A DNA stretch of 64,000 nt from Terriglobia bacterium. GTDB lineage: Bacteria > Acidobacteriota > Terriglobia > Acidiferrales > UBA7541. The stretch lies in contig OY968796.1 of assembly GCA_963695545.1 (NCBI GenBank), positions 3,840,001 to 3,904,000 on the forward strand, read 5' to 3'. Below are positions 9,855-19,294 of the stretch, one piece after another. The stretch's first letter is position 1, and the number at the start of each line of letters is the position of its first letter. The translations under genes were made by a program, and so were the position numbers. The notes under the pieces are model-generated. The model saw only the letters and a program-made list of their open reading frames with translations. It was not told where the DNA came from and searched no databases.

Positions 9855-12800
9855 ATGCTGCGTCTTGACCCACTGGAAGTCATACAGCGATTCCGCACGC
9901 CCGGCGGGAGTGAGTTCGCCGGGTTTTGCAATCGGATTATTCTAGCCTCGTGCTGGGCGGGCGGCGTGCCCCCGTCCGCCGTTTCAACCTCCTCGAGAAC
10001 GGACGCGAGGGACGGCGGAGTGGACACGCATGTCGCCGTAGCGATTCCCGGCGACCGGAGCGGATACCTTGACGTGCCCACGATCTGGCAGTTCAAAGCC
10101 ACCGCCGCTCGCAACGTGAATGAAGCGAGCATGAAGAAGGAGGCCAATAAACCACACGCAAAGCAGAAAATCAAAGAAGGCCACGGCTACAGGTTCTGCG
10201 TCTGTGACCATTTGACGTCCGAGAAGAGGCAGACTTTGCTTACCGCCCTAACCCAGGCGGTGAAGAGAATCAACAAGCATGCTCCGCCGCCCCTGATTCT
10301 CTCCGTGGATCATCTCGCCGAATTCGCGAATTCCTTCCCCGCACTCGTGTTGGATTACCGACCACGCGCCGACGGAATTTTCTGCCTCTTTGATCCGTGG
10401 AGCCAGTCCGTCACGAGTATCACAGCCATATTTGTGCCTCAAGGCGGATTCGAGGCAATACGCTTGAACATCGTTTCTTATGTTGACCCATCCAACGAAG
10501 TTCGGTCGCCGGTGCTCACGGTCTACGGTGCCCCCGGGGCCGGAAAGACCAGGTTAGTCTTCGAGTGCCTCCGCCAAATTCCCGCCGCGCCCAGCCTGGT
10601 TCTTTACACATCCAGCGAGGACGACGCCCTTAACCTCGCCAACATGTTGGCGAACCACCAAAACGCGCACGCGATAATCGTTGTGGATGAATGTTCAATT
10701 TCCGCCCGCGAGCGAATATCGCGGGTCCTGAGTGGATTCCGAGGCACGATTCGGTGCGTCTGTATTGATAACGATCGCTTACGCCTCGTCACGCCAGCGC
10801 CGGAACTACTGGTATCGAAATTGACCCCAGGGGAGCTTGAAAACGTTCTGCGGGCAAACTTTGCGCATATTCCGTTCGAGCGGGCTCGTGCATACGCCGG
10901 GCTCTGCGACGGCTCTGTACGTCTGGCCGCCGATATGTGCGCCCACTACGATGCGGAGATCGCCCAAGCGCGCACGATGAGTCCCGCCCTGGCCCCGACC
11001 AGCGAATACTTTGGGGTGCGGTTAAAGGACGACGCGGACCGCGAGGCGATCGAGGCGATCGCGCTACTGCGGAGGGTGAAATATAAAGGCGAGCGGCCCA
11101 CCGAGCTGGAGCTGATTTCCAAGCTCACGGGAATCCAGGACGCTAAAGAAATGGAACGTTCGCTTTCTCGAATCAAGGAAACACCGGGATGGGTGGAGAA
11201 GGGAGCGCTCTACTACAGGGTGACTCCCGGAATTATCGCGATGGTCGCGTTCGATCTTGCGTGGTCGCGTTGGGCCAAGGGAAGAGAGGAAGACTTCTTG
11301 GGACGGATGCCGGACGCGATCCAGGAATCATTTCTGCAACGCGTTTCCGAGAGCGCGAGTCAGGAGGTGCGGGACACTGTACAAAGGTTTTTTCGAAGGT
11401 TCGCCGATGATTTTACGCCCCGAGATCTGGGGGATATCCGCATGGTTAATCGATTCATCAGTTTGATCGAGACAGACTCACGCACATATCTACCATCGAT
11501 ACGTCGCGTCATCGAAGCCGCGGCGCCCGGCGATCTGGCCAGGAAACCGAAGCGCGCCAGCGGGTCGTGGGGTCCGCGACGACAGCTCGTGTGGACGATG
11601 GAGAACTTCGTAGTCTTTCCCGAGCATTTCATCGACTGCGAGGCCATTCTCTATAGGCTCGCTCAACACGAATGCGAACCGGAGATCGGCAATAACGCGA
11701 CGAAGACATGGCAACATTTGTTCAGGATCCAAATGCCCGGCACGGCCGTTCCACTCACGGCAAGGCTCGACCTGTTGCGGTCAAGGCTAAATCAGGCGAC
11801 TGACGACACAGCTGAACTGCTTTCGGGGGCCTTAGGCGAAATTCTAGACACCATGGGGACGAGACTCATGGGCCCCCCCGTAGTCGGAGGACGAGTGCCT
11901 CCCGCGGACTGGTTCCCGCAAGGGAGGCAGGAAACGTTGGACTCGATCATGGCCGGGCTCAGGCTCCTTGACGATAGCACGCAGCATCCCGTCGCCTCTG
12001 TTGCGGCCGCGGCAAAGAAGCACCTACTGGGAGACGTTGAAGTCCTCACGAGATACGGATGGCTACCTGAGGTGCGAGATTTCGTCATGCATTCCCACCT
12101 AGACGAGTCCGACAAAGCATCCCTAGCCACTAGGTTTAAGCGTGTGTTGACCTGGGGCAAAGACACGAGCGATAAGGCTTTCACCCCGGAATTCATTAAA
12201 GCCCTCGGCGAATGGATCGCGAGCTTGGAGCCAACATCCATCCACGCCAGAATGGTTGGCGCGGTCAGCGCATCCAGCGGGGAATTTTACGGCCGAGAAC
12301 AGGAATGGGAGCATGACCTGGACCGACTTGCCTCCGAGGTCTTGGCCGACGACGCTCGATTCGACTCGGAGATCGCTTGGCTCACCTCCAGCGAGGCGAA
12401 AAGCTCCTTCGAATTCGGAAGCAGGCTTGGCACGATGGACAGGGAGGCCAAACTAATCGACAAGATTCAGGAGAAATCGCTCGGCGCCGAGATCGGGCTG
12501 CTTCGGGGATACGTCGCCGGGTTGCTTTACGGTGCAAATGCCGATCCGCAGATTGTCAACTCTCGTCTTGATTTGATCGAAGAGCAGGACCCACTTCTTT
12601 CATTCCAGATCGCACTCGCCGGCGGATCGCGCGTAAGCGTATTTGATCGGGCCATCCGACTCATCAAGGCGGGTCGCCTAACTCCGTTTGCACTCCGCAA
12701 CTTCACCTTCTGGGTCGGGAACGTTCGGGTCACAAATGAGCAAGTCAGCGAGGCTCTCGGCGTGCTCACACCTGTCGCTGCGGACGATCCGTCCGCCTCC

Positions 12801-13529
12801 GACGTGATCGTGGATTTCCTCGGCGCGCGCCTACACGTCCACGAGTTTGATGCCCTTCTTGAGGGGAACAAGGAATCGGTTTGGAGGGCGATCTCCGCAG
12901 CGGCGGCGCGCCCAGGAAGAGAAGTATTTTGGATAGGCAAGGTACTCGAAGCTGCGGCCCCTACGGATCGGTCTCTTGCCATACGGCTGGCCACCCGACT
13001 GCTGGTCAGCGACAATTTCGAGTGCAGGGACGAAGCCGCAAAACTGCTTTCATCTTGGGCCACGCTATACCCGGACGATGTGATGACCAGCGTCGGGGAA
13101 GCGATGCTAAATGAGACGACGGGTTGGCGCTTTTTCGCATCAAAGTTCAACATCTTCTACGCGATCCCTGAAAATATTGTTATCCGCTGGCTCGAATCGG
13201 CGGGTGTACAGGGTGCGCGGAAGATCGCACGCCATTTGCCTTCCCCATTCTTAGACGCGACGGGTGAACCCGAGGTGCCCGCGCTGACCGGGTACGTGCT
13301 GACTCGTTTTGAAGACGATCGCATGACGTTCGCCGAGTTTTGCGCGGGCACACGAACTCGATTTTATGTGGGCGACTTTGCGAGCCAACGCGAGGAAGAA
13401 GCCAGGGCGATGAAACCGTTTCTCCGCCATCCTCTGAAGAGAATTCGCCAGTGGGCGCAATACGAACAAGATTCCGCCGCCGAAGAGGCGAGGATCCACC
13501 GCGAGCACGACGACGAATCGAACCCATGA
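9855..13529 (+). CDS. Large PD-(D/E)xK/Mrr-like nuclease - P-loop (STAND-like) NTPase - helical domain protein; candidate antiphage protein
   Basis: N-terminal DGGVD...WQFK motif, Walker A GAPGAGKT (10527-10550), Walker B IIVVDE, long alpha-helical C-terminus; visibly more CTA/TTA/ATA/AGG codons than the core genes. Confidence 0.7.
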   Translation: MLRLDPLEVIQRFRTPGGSEFAGFCNRIILASCWAGGVPPSAVSTSSRTDARDGGVDTHVAVAIPGDRSGYLDVPTIWQFKATAARNVNEASMKKEANKPHAKQKIKEGHGYRFCVCDHLTSEKRQTLLTALTQAVKRINKHAPPPLILSVDHLAEFANSFPALVLDYRPRADGIFCLFDPWSQSVTSITAIFVPQGGFEAIRLNIVSYVDPSNEVRSPVLTVYGAPGAGKTRLVFECLRQIPAAPSLVLYTSSEDDALNLANMLANHQNAHAIIVVDECSISARERISRVLSGFRGTIRCVCIDNDRLRLVTPAPELLVSKLTPGELENVLRANFAHIPFERARAYAGLCDGSVRLAADMCAHYDAEIAQARTMSPALAPTSEYFGVRLKDDADREAIEAIALLRRVKYKGERPTELELISKLTGIQDAKEMERSLSRIKETPGWVEKGALYYRVTPGIIAMVAFDLAWSRWAKGREEDFLGRMPDAIQESFLQRVSESASQEVRDTVQRFFRRFADDFTPRDLGDIRMVNRFISLIETDSRTYLPSIRRVIEAAAPGDLARKPKRASGSWGPRRQLVWTMENFVVFPEHFIDCEAILYRLAQHECEPEIGNNATKTWQHLFRIQMPGTAVPLTARLDLLRSRLNQATDDTAELLSGALGEILDTMGTRLMGPPVVGGRVPPADWFPQGRQETLDSIMAGLRLLDDSTQHPVASVAAAAKKHLLGDVEVLTRYGWLPEVRDFVMHSHLDESDKASLATRFKRVLTWGKDTSDKAFTPEFIKALGEWIASLEPTSIHARMVGAVSASSGEFYGREQEWEHDLDRLASEVLADDARFDSEIAWLTSSEAKSSFEFGSRLGTMDREAKLIDKIQEKSLGAEIGLLRGYVAGLLYGANADPQIVNSRLDLIEEQDPLLSFQIALAGGSRVSVFDRAIRLIKAGRLTPFALRNFTFWVGNVRVTNEQVSEALGVLTPVAADDPSASDVIVDFLGARLHVHEFDALLEGNKESVWRAISAAAARPGREVFWIGKVLEAAAPTDRSLAIRLATRLLVSDNFECRDEAAKLLSSWATLYPDDVMTSVGEAMLNETTGWRFFASKFNIFYAIPENIVIRWLESAGVQGARKIARHLPSPFLDATGEPEVPALTGYVLTRFEDDRMTFAEFCAGTRTRFYVGDFASQREEEARAMKPFLRHPLKRIRQWAQYEQDSAAEEARIHREHDDESNP

Positions 13530-13694
13530 CGCGGGAAGGCCGTGTCCCGAATCTCCGGGCATCAGCGCGATCCGCCAACGCCACCGGCCAGCCAGCGGCT
13601 GACCCCACAATCGCCCGCCGCCAGAATGTCGCTGCGGTCTTCGACCTCCGCGACGGCCTTCGGCAGAGCGGTGTGGTAGTTGTTGCGATCGTTA

Positions 13695-14411
13695 TCCAGG
13701 GCTTCCCCGCCAGAAGGCCGGCGGGCAGGCGCCCTGGGCTAGATTGTTTCGCCCCCTGCCTACCGGCAGGCAGGCTACGGGGCTTTTGCGGCGCGGGGGG
13801 GAGAGAGTTACGAGGGGTGATGGGGCGTTAGCGGCGAAGAAAGTCAAAGGCGACGGAGAGGTCCCTCGTCGCTACGCTCGCTCGGGATGACCAAGTAACG
13901 GTCAGTGGCGAGGGGTGGGGACGGCGGATCAAAAGCGACGGAGGGATTCTTCGACTGCGAGACGACTCGTCCGCGGGACGCGGACGGAGGAAAAAGAGTC
14001 GTCTCTTCGCTCAGAATGACGGTTTTTCTTCGTGTGGTCGGCCGGGGCGTTAGCGGCGATTGGGATCCGAAAGTGGGCGGGATGACAACGTTTGGGGAAG
14101 GGCGGGGATGGAGGCCTGAAGGCCTCCGCTACATACGGCAGAAAGGCTGCCAGCCTGAAGGCTGGCGCTACAAATTCGTACGGCCAAGGCGACGGAGAGG
14201 TCCCTCGTCGCTGCGCTCGCTCGGGATGACCAAATAACGGTCAGTGGCGAGTGGTGAGAGAAAGCGAAAGCAGATCCCTCACCTCCGTTCGCGAAGGCGC
14301 GACCGGGTTCGGGATGACAACGCTAACGGCAAAGGCGGCGGAGAGGGCGAGGTCAAAAACCGCACCCTTAAAGGCGAAGGGTGCGGCACCCGCGCGGGGC
14401 GTTAGCGGCGA
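13695..14411. repeat. Mosaic cluster of REP-like palindromes (several families)
   Basis: GCGACGGAGAGGTCCCTCGTCGCTRCGCTCGCTCGGGATGACCA x2; GTAG-type hairpins at 14110-14133 and 14149-14172; GGGCGTTAGCGGCGA x3; CGCACCCTT..AAGGGTGCG hairpin. Confidence 0.85.
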
Positions 14412-14478
14412 AAAAGAGCGAGGGCACACAGCGAGGAGTCGCCGTGCTGCGTGAGGCGCGGCTAGGGGGACTACGCGC

Positions 14479-15057
14479 TCACGGACGATGGAAGCGGCCT
14501 ACCAGGACGCCTTTCATTAGGATGTGGCCATTCATCGCGTTCATCACGTCGGCTTGCGTGGCGTCGGGGCCGAGCGACAATTTCGTATCGAGGGCGTAGA
14601 GCTCGAAGGTGTAGTGATGATACGGGCCCGCAGCGCCCGCGCCCATTCCCATGTAGCCGACGTGCTTGCCGTAGTTGAGCGCTTGAATCGAGCCGTCGGG
14701 AAGTTGCGCGGTGGCGGGCTGGCCTTCGGGCAATTCGCGCGCGGTGCCGGGAATGTTGAAGACCATCCAGTGCAAAATCTGGTCGGTGGTTTTGTTTACG
14801 GAGGTGTCGGGATCGTGCACGATCAGCGTGAACGTCACGACGCCATCGGGCACGTTGGTCCACATCAGTTCGGGCGAGACGGGCGCGCCGTCGGCGGCCA
14901 TGGTGAATTTGTTGGGAATGATGCCGCCGTCTTCAAATCCGCTCGAGGTGAGAGTGAGGCGAGGCTTCGTCGGCGCGGGCGCTTGCATCGAGGGCGATTG
15001 CGCCATGGCGCCTGCGGCTGAGATCAACATGAGGCCGGCGATCCATGCGGTTTTCAT
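14479..15057 (-). CDS. YbhB/YbcL family (PEBP/Raf kinase inhibitor-like) exported protein
   Basis: Signal peptide, SPELMW, LIVHDPD, HWMVFNIP, HHYTFELYALD; GAGGA RBS before MKTAW. Confidence 0.92.
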   Translation of the reverse strand: MKTAWIAGLMLISAAGAMAQSPSMQAPAPTKPRLTLTSSGFEDGGIIPNKFTMAADGAPVSPELMWTNVPDGVVTFTLIVHDPDTSVNKTTDQILHWMVFNIPGTARELPEGQPATAQLPDGSIQALNYGKHVGYMGMGAGAAGPYHHYTFELYALDTKLSLGPDATQADVMNAMNGHILMKGVLVGRFHRP

Positions 15058-15164
15058 TTTTAGGTCCTCGCTGTGCGAAGAATTTGGATGTCGCGATGTC
15101 GGCGCGACCGGGAATTCGGCCGGCGATTTGGCGCGACGATTGTAGATGAGTTTCGCGTGGGTGA

Positions 15165-15496
15165 CGAGTGGCGAGTGGCGAGAGATTTTGGGCGTTAGCG
15201 GCGAAAGCAGATCCCCCACCAGCGTTCGCCGGGGGCCGGCGACCGGGTTCCCTCCTTCGCAAGGGCTGCGGCGGGCAGGCGGGATGACAACGGTACGGCA
15301 AGGGCGGCGGAGAAAAGCAAAAGCGACGGAGAGGTCCCTCGTCGCTGCGCTCGCTCGGGATGACCAGATAACGGGCAGTGACCGGTGTTGAGTGGCGAGG
15401 TGGCGAGAGATTTTGGGCGTTAGCGGCGATTGCGATTCAAGGGTGGTTGGATAGAGAGGAAGAACCCCACGCGCAGGCACGGCGCGTGGGGCACAC
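15165..15496. repeat. Second REP-like mosaic cluster
   Basis: Third GCGACGGAGAGGTCCC...GGGATGACCA copy (15323-15366); TGGCGAGAGATTTTGGGCGTTAGCGGCGA x2; CCCCACGCGC..GCGCGTGGGG hairpin. Confidence 0.85.
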
Positions 15497-15658
15497 GGGA
15501 ATAGAACCACGGCGGGACGTTGCCAAATTGCGTTCAGGCGCGTAAAGAAATGGTGGGATCGGGCGCGGCGGCGCGGTAGTGTGCTAATTCAAGGTGGGCG
15601 CGATTGGGGCAGGCCGGGTGAGGCGCGGCGCGGTGGCGCGCGAAAAGGAGAATAGGCG

Positions 15659-16210
15659 ATGCGACGAACGCTGGTGATTGTGGGATTGATGCTGGTGAGC
15701 GCTGCGGCGGCTTTGGCGCAGGACACGACTCTGAAGATCAGAATCGACGAAATACCCGGCGGGAGCCAGGACGCCGGCGGGCAAGTGCGCACGGACGTGC
15801 TGCCGATGATCTCGGGAAATCCGCATTACACGCTGGTGTCCGACACGAGCTGGGATCTGCACCTGCTGCTGAATTGCGTGTATGCGACGTCGGGCAGCGA
15901 CAATCAGCGCATTGGCGTGAATTGCGCGAACGAGCTGATCTATCAGCCGGATAAATGGGGCGGGATTATGGACGCGTTCGGTCCTTACATTGAGCTGGGC
16001 CCCGATGAGGACAGCGTGGCCAAGCAGTCGTTTGCGGATTTGATCGACGCGACGACGGTGGACAACATCAAGAAAGCCGACGACTACATCACGCAAATCG
16101 TTTCGGGAATTTACAAGGTGGCGAGCAGTTCGGCGTCGTCCACGGCGAAGCCGTGCACGGTCTCGCCAAAATCGCCGGCGAACGCGAGCGGGCAGCCGGT
16201 GCCGCACTAG
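15659..16210 (+). CDS. Exported hypothetical protein
   Basis: AGGAG RBS, signal peptide MRRTLVIVGLMLVSAAAALA/Q, GC3-biased codons. Confidence 0.8.
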   Translation: MRRTLVIVGLMLVSAAAALAQDTTLKIRIDEIPGGSQDAGGQVRTDVLPMISGNPHYTLVSDTSWDLHLLLNCVYATSGSDNQRIGVNCANELIYQPDKWGGIMDAFGPYIELGPDEDSVAKQSFADLIDATTVDNIKKADDYITQIVSGIYKVASSSASSTAKPCTVSPKSPANASGQPVPH

Positions 16211-16302
16211 ATCGGCGTTCTGGACCGCGGGACATACACCGACAAGCTGAGCTGAGCGCGGATTGCGCGCCGGGCGTAAGCGTTTGCGGAGCGCCGCCAG
16301 TG

Positions 16303-16384
16303 GGGCGTTAGCGGCGATTGCGCTCGAAGCGAAATCGATAGAGTCAAAACCCGCACCGTTAAAACCGAAGGGTGCGGCACCCGC
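16303..16384. repeat. REP-like unit
   Basis: GGGCGTTAGCGGCGA plus GTCAAAACCCGCACCGTTAAAACCGAAGGGTGCGGCACCCGC, homologous to 14352-14393. Confidence 0.8.
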
Positions 16385-16572
16385 AAAAGTCGTGGCTGTG
16401 TGTCCCATCGCGGACAGGCATTTACTGTACGCGGGGGCGCGAGGTGCCTGGTAAAGCGCTGATACGCGGCCACTTACTCGACGCCTGGCCGAAAACCGCG
16501 GGGATGGCAAAGAGGTAACCTTCGAGCGGCAAATATCGCCGGATGCGTGCACCAAAATGGTACAAGTGAGAG

Positions 16573-18381
16573 ATGGCATTCCGCTCGAACAGCAACGTTC
16601 AAAAGTATATGCGGTCGGTGGATCGCCGCGAATGGATTCTGTGGAGTTTCGCGATCCTGGTGACGCTGCTGCTGACGGCGGGAATCGCGTCGTTCATGGC
16701 GCCGATGTTGCACGAGCGGCTGACCGACTTCGAGAAGTTGAATATGAATCTGGCGGTGCGCGGCCTGGTGGGCATGGTGCTGCTGTTCGACATCTACACG
16801 ATTTACCAGCAATTGCAGATTCACGGAATTCGCAAGGAGTTGGTGCGGCGCGAGGAATTGTTTCGGCTGATCAGCGAGAACGCGGCGGACATGATCTCGG
16901 TGGTGGACGCGGACGGGAAATGGCTTTACAGCAGTCCGGCGTACGAGCGGATTCTGGGGTATAGCGCGGAGGAGCTGCAGAGCACGTCGTCGCTCGAGCA
17001 GGTTCACCCGGACGATCGGCACATCGTGGAGGAAGCGGCGCGTGCGGCGCGCAACGGCGGGCAAGGCCCCACGATTCAGTATCGCATGCGGCATAAGGAC
17101 GGCACGTGGCACGTCGTCGAGTCAGGCGCGCGGGTGGTGCTGAACGACAAGGGTCAGGTGGAGAAGCTGGTGATCGTGAATCGCGACATCAGCGCGCGCA
17201 AACAATTGGAAGAGCAGTTTCGTCAGTCGCAGAAAATGGAGGCGGTGGGGCGATTGTCGGGAGGCGTGGCGCACGATTTCAACAATATTTTGGGCGTGAT
17301 CATCGGATACGCGGAATTTCTGCAGGAACGCATCGGGCCGGAAGACCCTCTGCGCGGCAGCGCCGACGAAATCCTGAAAGCTGGGAAACGCGCGGCCTCG
17401 CTGACGCGCCAACTGCTGGCGTTCAGCCGGCAGCAAGTGCTCGATCCGAAAGTGATCGATATCAACAGCGTAGTCCTCGATATGGAAAAGCTGCTGCGCA
17501 GGCTGATCTCAGAAGACATCGAGCTGACCACGCCGCTCGGGACCGGAGTGGGCCGCGTGAAGGCCGATCAAGGCCAAGTGGAACAAGTGATCATGAATCT
17601 GGCCGTGAACGCGCGCGACGCCATGCCGCACGGCGGCAAACTGACGATCTCAACCGAAGAGATGGTGATGGATAAAGAGTTCGTGCGGCGCTATCCGTAT
17701 CCGGTGCAATGCGGGCCGTACGTTTGCCTGACGGTAACCGACTCGGGAATCGGGATGGATGCGGAGACGAAGGCGCGCGCGTTTGAACCGTTTTTCACCA
17801 CCAAGGAAAAAGGAAAAGGCACGGGGCTCGGGCTTTCCACGGTGTACGGCGTGGTGAAGCAGAGCGGCGGGTACATCGATATTTTCAGCACCGTGGGCAA
17901 AGGCACGACATTCAAGATTTATCTGCCGCGCGTTGAGGACGCGATTAAGGCGCCGGAGTTTTTGGCCGCCGGGCCGACCAGCTCTTTCGAGGGCAAAGAG
18001 ACGATCCTGGTGGCTGAGGACGAGGAATCGCTGCGCAAACTGACGCGCACCACGCTCGAATCGCTGGGCTACGAAGTGCTGGAATCGCGCGACGGCGTGG
18101 AGGCTCTCGAAGTGAGCGCGCAACACGCGGGGCCGATCCATTTGCTGCTCACCGACATGGTGATGCCCGGGATGGGCGGGCGCGCACTGGCGCAGGAACT
18201 GTCGCGGCAGCGCGTGGACACCAAGATCGTATATATGTCCGGCTACACGGGGCAGGCCGTGGGATCACAGGGACCGATCGAGCCAGGCAGCGATTTCCTT
18301 GCGAAACCGTTCACGCGGGAAACTTTGGCACGCAAGATCCGGGAAGCGCTGGATCGCCGCGTGCTTGCGGAGTCCAGATGA
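16573..18381 (+). CDS. Membrane PAS-domain hybrid histidine kinase/response regulator
   Basis: 2 TM, PAS (VHPDD), H-box GGVAHDFNN, N-box NLAVNARDAM, FEPFFTTK, GTGLGL, receiver LLLTDMVMP..KPF. Confidence 0.95.
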   Translation: MAFRSNSNVQKYMRSVDRREWILWSFAILVTLLLTAGIASFMAPMLHERLTDFEKLNMNLAVRGLVGMVLLFDIYTIYQQLQIHGIRKELVRREELFRLISENAADMISVVDADGKWLYSSPAYERILGYSAEELQSTSSLEQVHPDDRHIVEEAARAARNGGQGPTIQYRMRHKDGTWHVVESGARVVLNDKGQVEKLVIVNRDISARKQLEEQFRQSQKMEAVGRLSGGVAHDFNNILGVIIGYAEFLQERIGPEDPLRGSADEILKAGKRAASLTRQLLAFSRQQVLDPKVIDINSVVLDMEKLLRRLISEDIELTTPLGTGVGRVKADQGQVEQVIMNLAVNARDAMPHGGKLTISTEEMVMDKEFVRRYPYPVQCGPYVCLTVTDSGIGMDAETKARAFEPFFTTKEKGKGTGLGLSTVYGVVKQSGGYIDIFSTVGKGTTFKIYLPRVEDAIKAPEFLAAGPTSSFEGKETILVAEDEESLRKLTRTTLESLGYEVLESRDGVEALEVSAQHAGPIHLLLTDMVMPGMGGRALAQELSRQRVDTKIVYMSGYTGQAVGSQGPIEPGSDFLAKPFTRETLARKIREALDRRVLAESR

Positions 18382-19106
18382 GCACATTAACCAGCAAGGG
18401 GAACGGTTCGACTGCGCCCGGGGCCGTGAAATTGGCGAAGATCCTGGTCGTGGACGACGACGAATCCGTACGCGGGCTGATTCGCATGCGATTGTCGGAC
18501 ACATACCAGGTGGTTGATACCGGCGATCCCGAGCAGGCTCTCGCGCTGGCGCTCGAGAACAAACCAGACGCGATTTTGCTGGATTTGATGATGCCGGGGC
18601 TATCCGGATTCGAGCTGTGCCAGAGCTTTCACAGTCTGAGCTACACATCGCGCATCCCGATATTCGTGATCACCGGCGAGGCCGGGACAAGATACAAAGA
18701 ACACGTCGAGACACTCGGCGCAAAGGGCTACTTCCACAAGCCGGTGGATTTCGCGGCGCTCAAAGCCGCGCTCGCGGCGGAACTTGACACCAAGCAACCG
18801 GAGCGACGGAAACACAAGAGAGTCCAAATGCGCGTCACGCTGAAACTGCGCGGGACAGACGCAAGTGGGAAAGCGTTCGAGGAATCGATCGCCACGGAAA
18901 ATGTGAGCGCTTACGGGTTTCTGTCCAATTGCGCGGCGACGCTGGTCAAGGGAAGCGCGGTCGAAGTCTTTCTCGCGGCCGGCGGGCAAGAGCGGTACGC
19001 AGGGCACGCGCAGGTGGTCCGCCAGGAATCGACCGCCGCGTCCTGGCACCGCTATGGATTTCAGTTCCTGGAGACAACCTCCGATTGGTTGCTTCAGGAT
19101 AAGTAG
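18378..19106 (+). CDS. Response regulator with C-terminal PilZ domain
   Basis: ILVVDDD, LLDLMMP, KP; PilZ motifs RRKHKR and NVSAYG; ATGA overlap with the kinase gene. Confidence 0.88.
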   Translation: MSTLTSKGNGSTAPGAVKLAKILVVDDDESVRGLIRMRLSDTYQVVDTGDPEQALALALENKPDAILLDLMMPGLSGFELCQSFHSLSYTSRIPIFVITGEAGTRYKEHVETLGAKGYFHKPVDFAALKAALAAELDTKQPERRKHKRVQMRVTLKLRGTDASGKAFEESIATENVSAYGFLSNCAATLVKGSAVEVFLAAGGQERYAGHAQVVRQESTAASWHRYGFQFLETTSDWLLQDK

Positions 19107-19294
19107 CGCGCGCGGGAGCGGCGCCCCGCCGATAAGCGCCCGTCCGCGTCCGGGATCCCCTCGAAAAATTATTTTACAAATGCCGGCCGCGGTTGGAGCC
19201 ACGCAGATTTTCCGCGGCTCTCTGCCGGATGCGCGGCGCATGGAAACTTGTTATGCTCGGCGGCGAGTTTACAAGTTTAATTCGAGGGGATCCG

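Noticed and set aside
13560..13700. Possible minus-strand gene remnant after the nuclease-NTPase
   Set aside because: Short, with no start codon, RBS or recognisable motif; cannot be supported without a search.
14479..15510. 343-aa extended version of the YbhB ORF, and small ORFs at 13340-14599 and 15146-15391
   Set aside because: The extensions and ORFs are translations of REP mosaics; the real start has an RBS and signal peptide at 15057.
13823..16317. 15-mer repeats as a CRISPR-like array or integron attC sites
   Set aside because: Spacing is irregular, intervening DNA is itself repetitive, the repeat is too short, and no cas or integrase gene is present.
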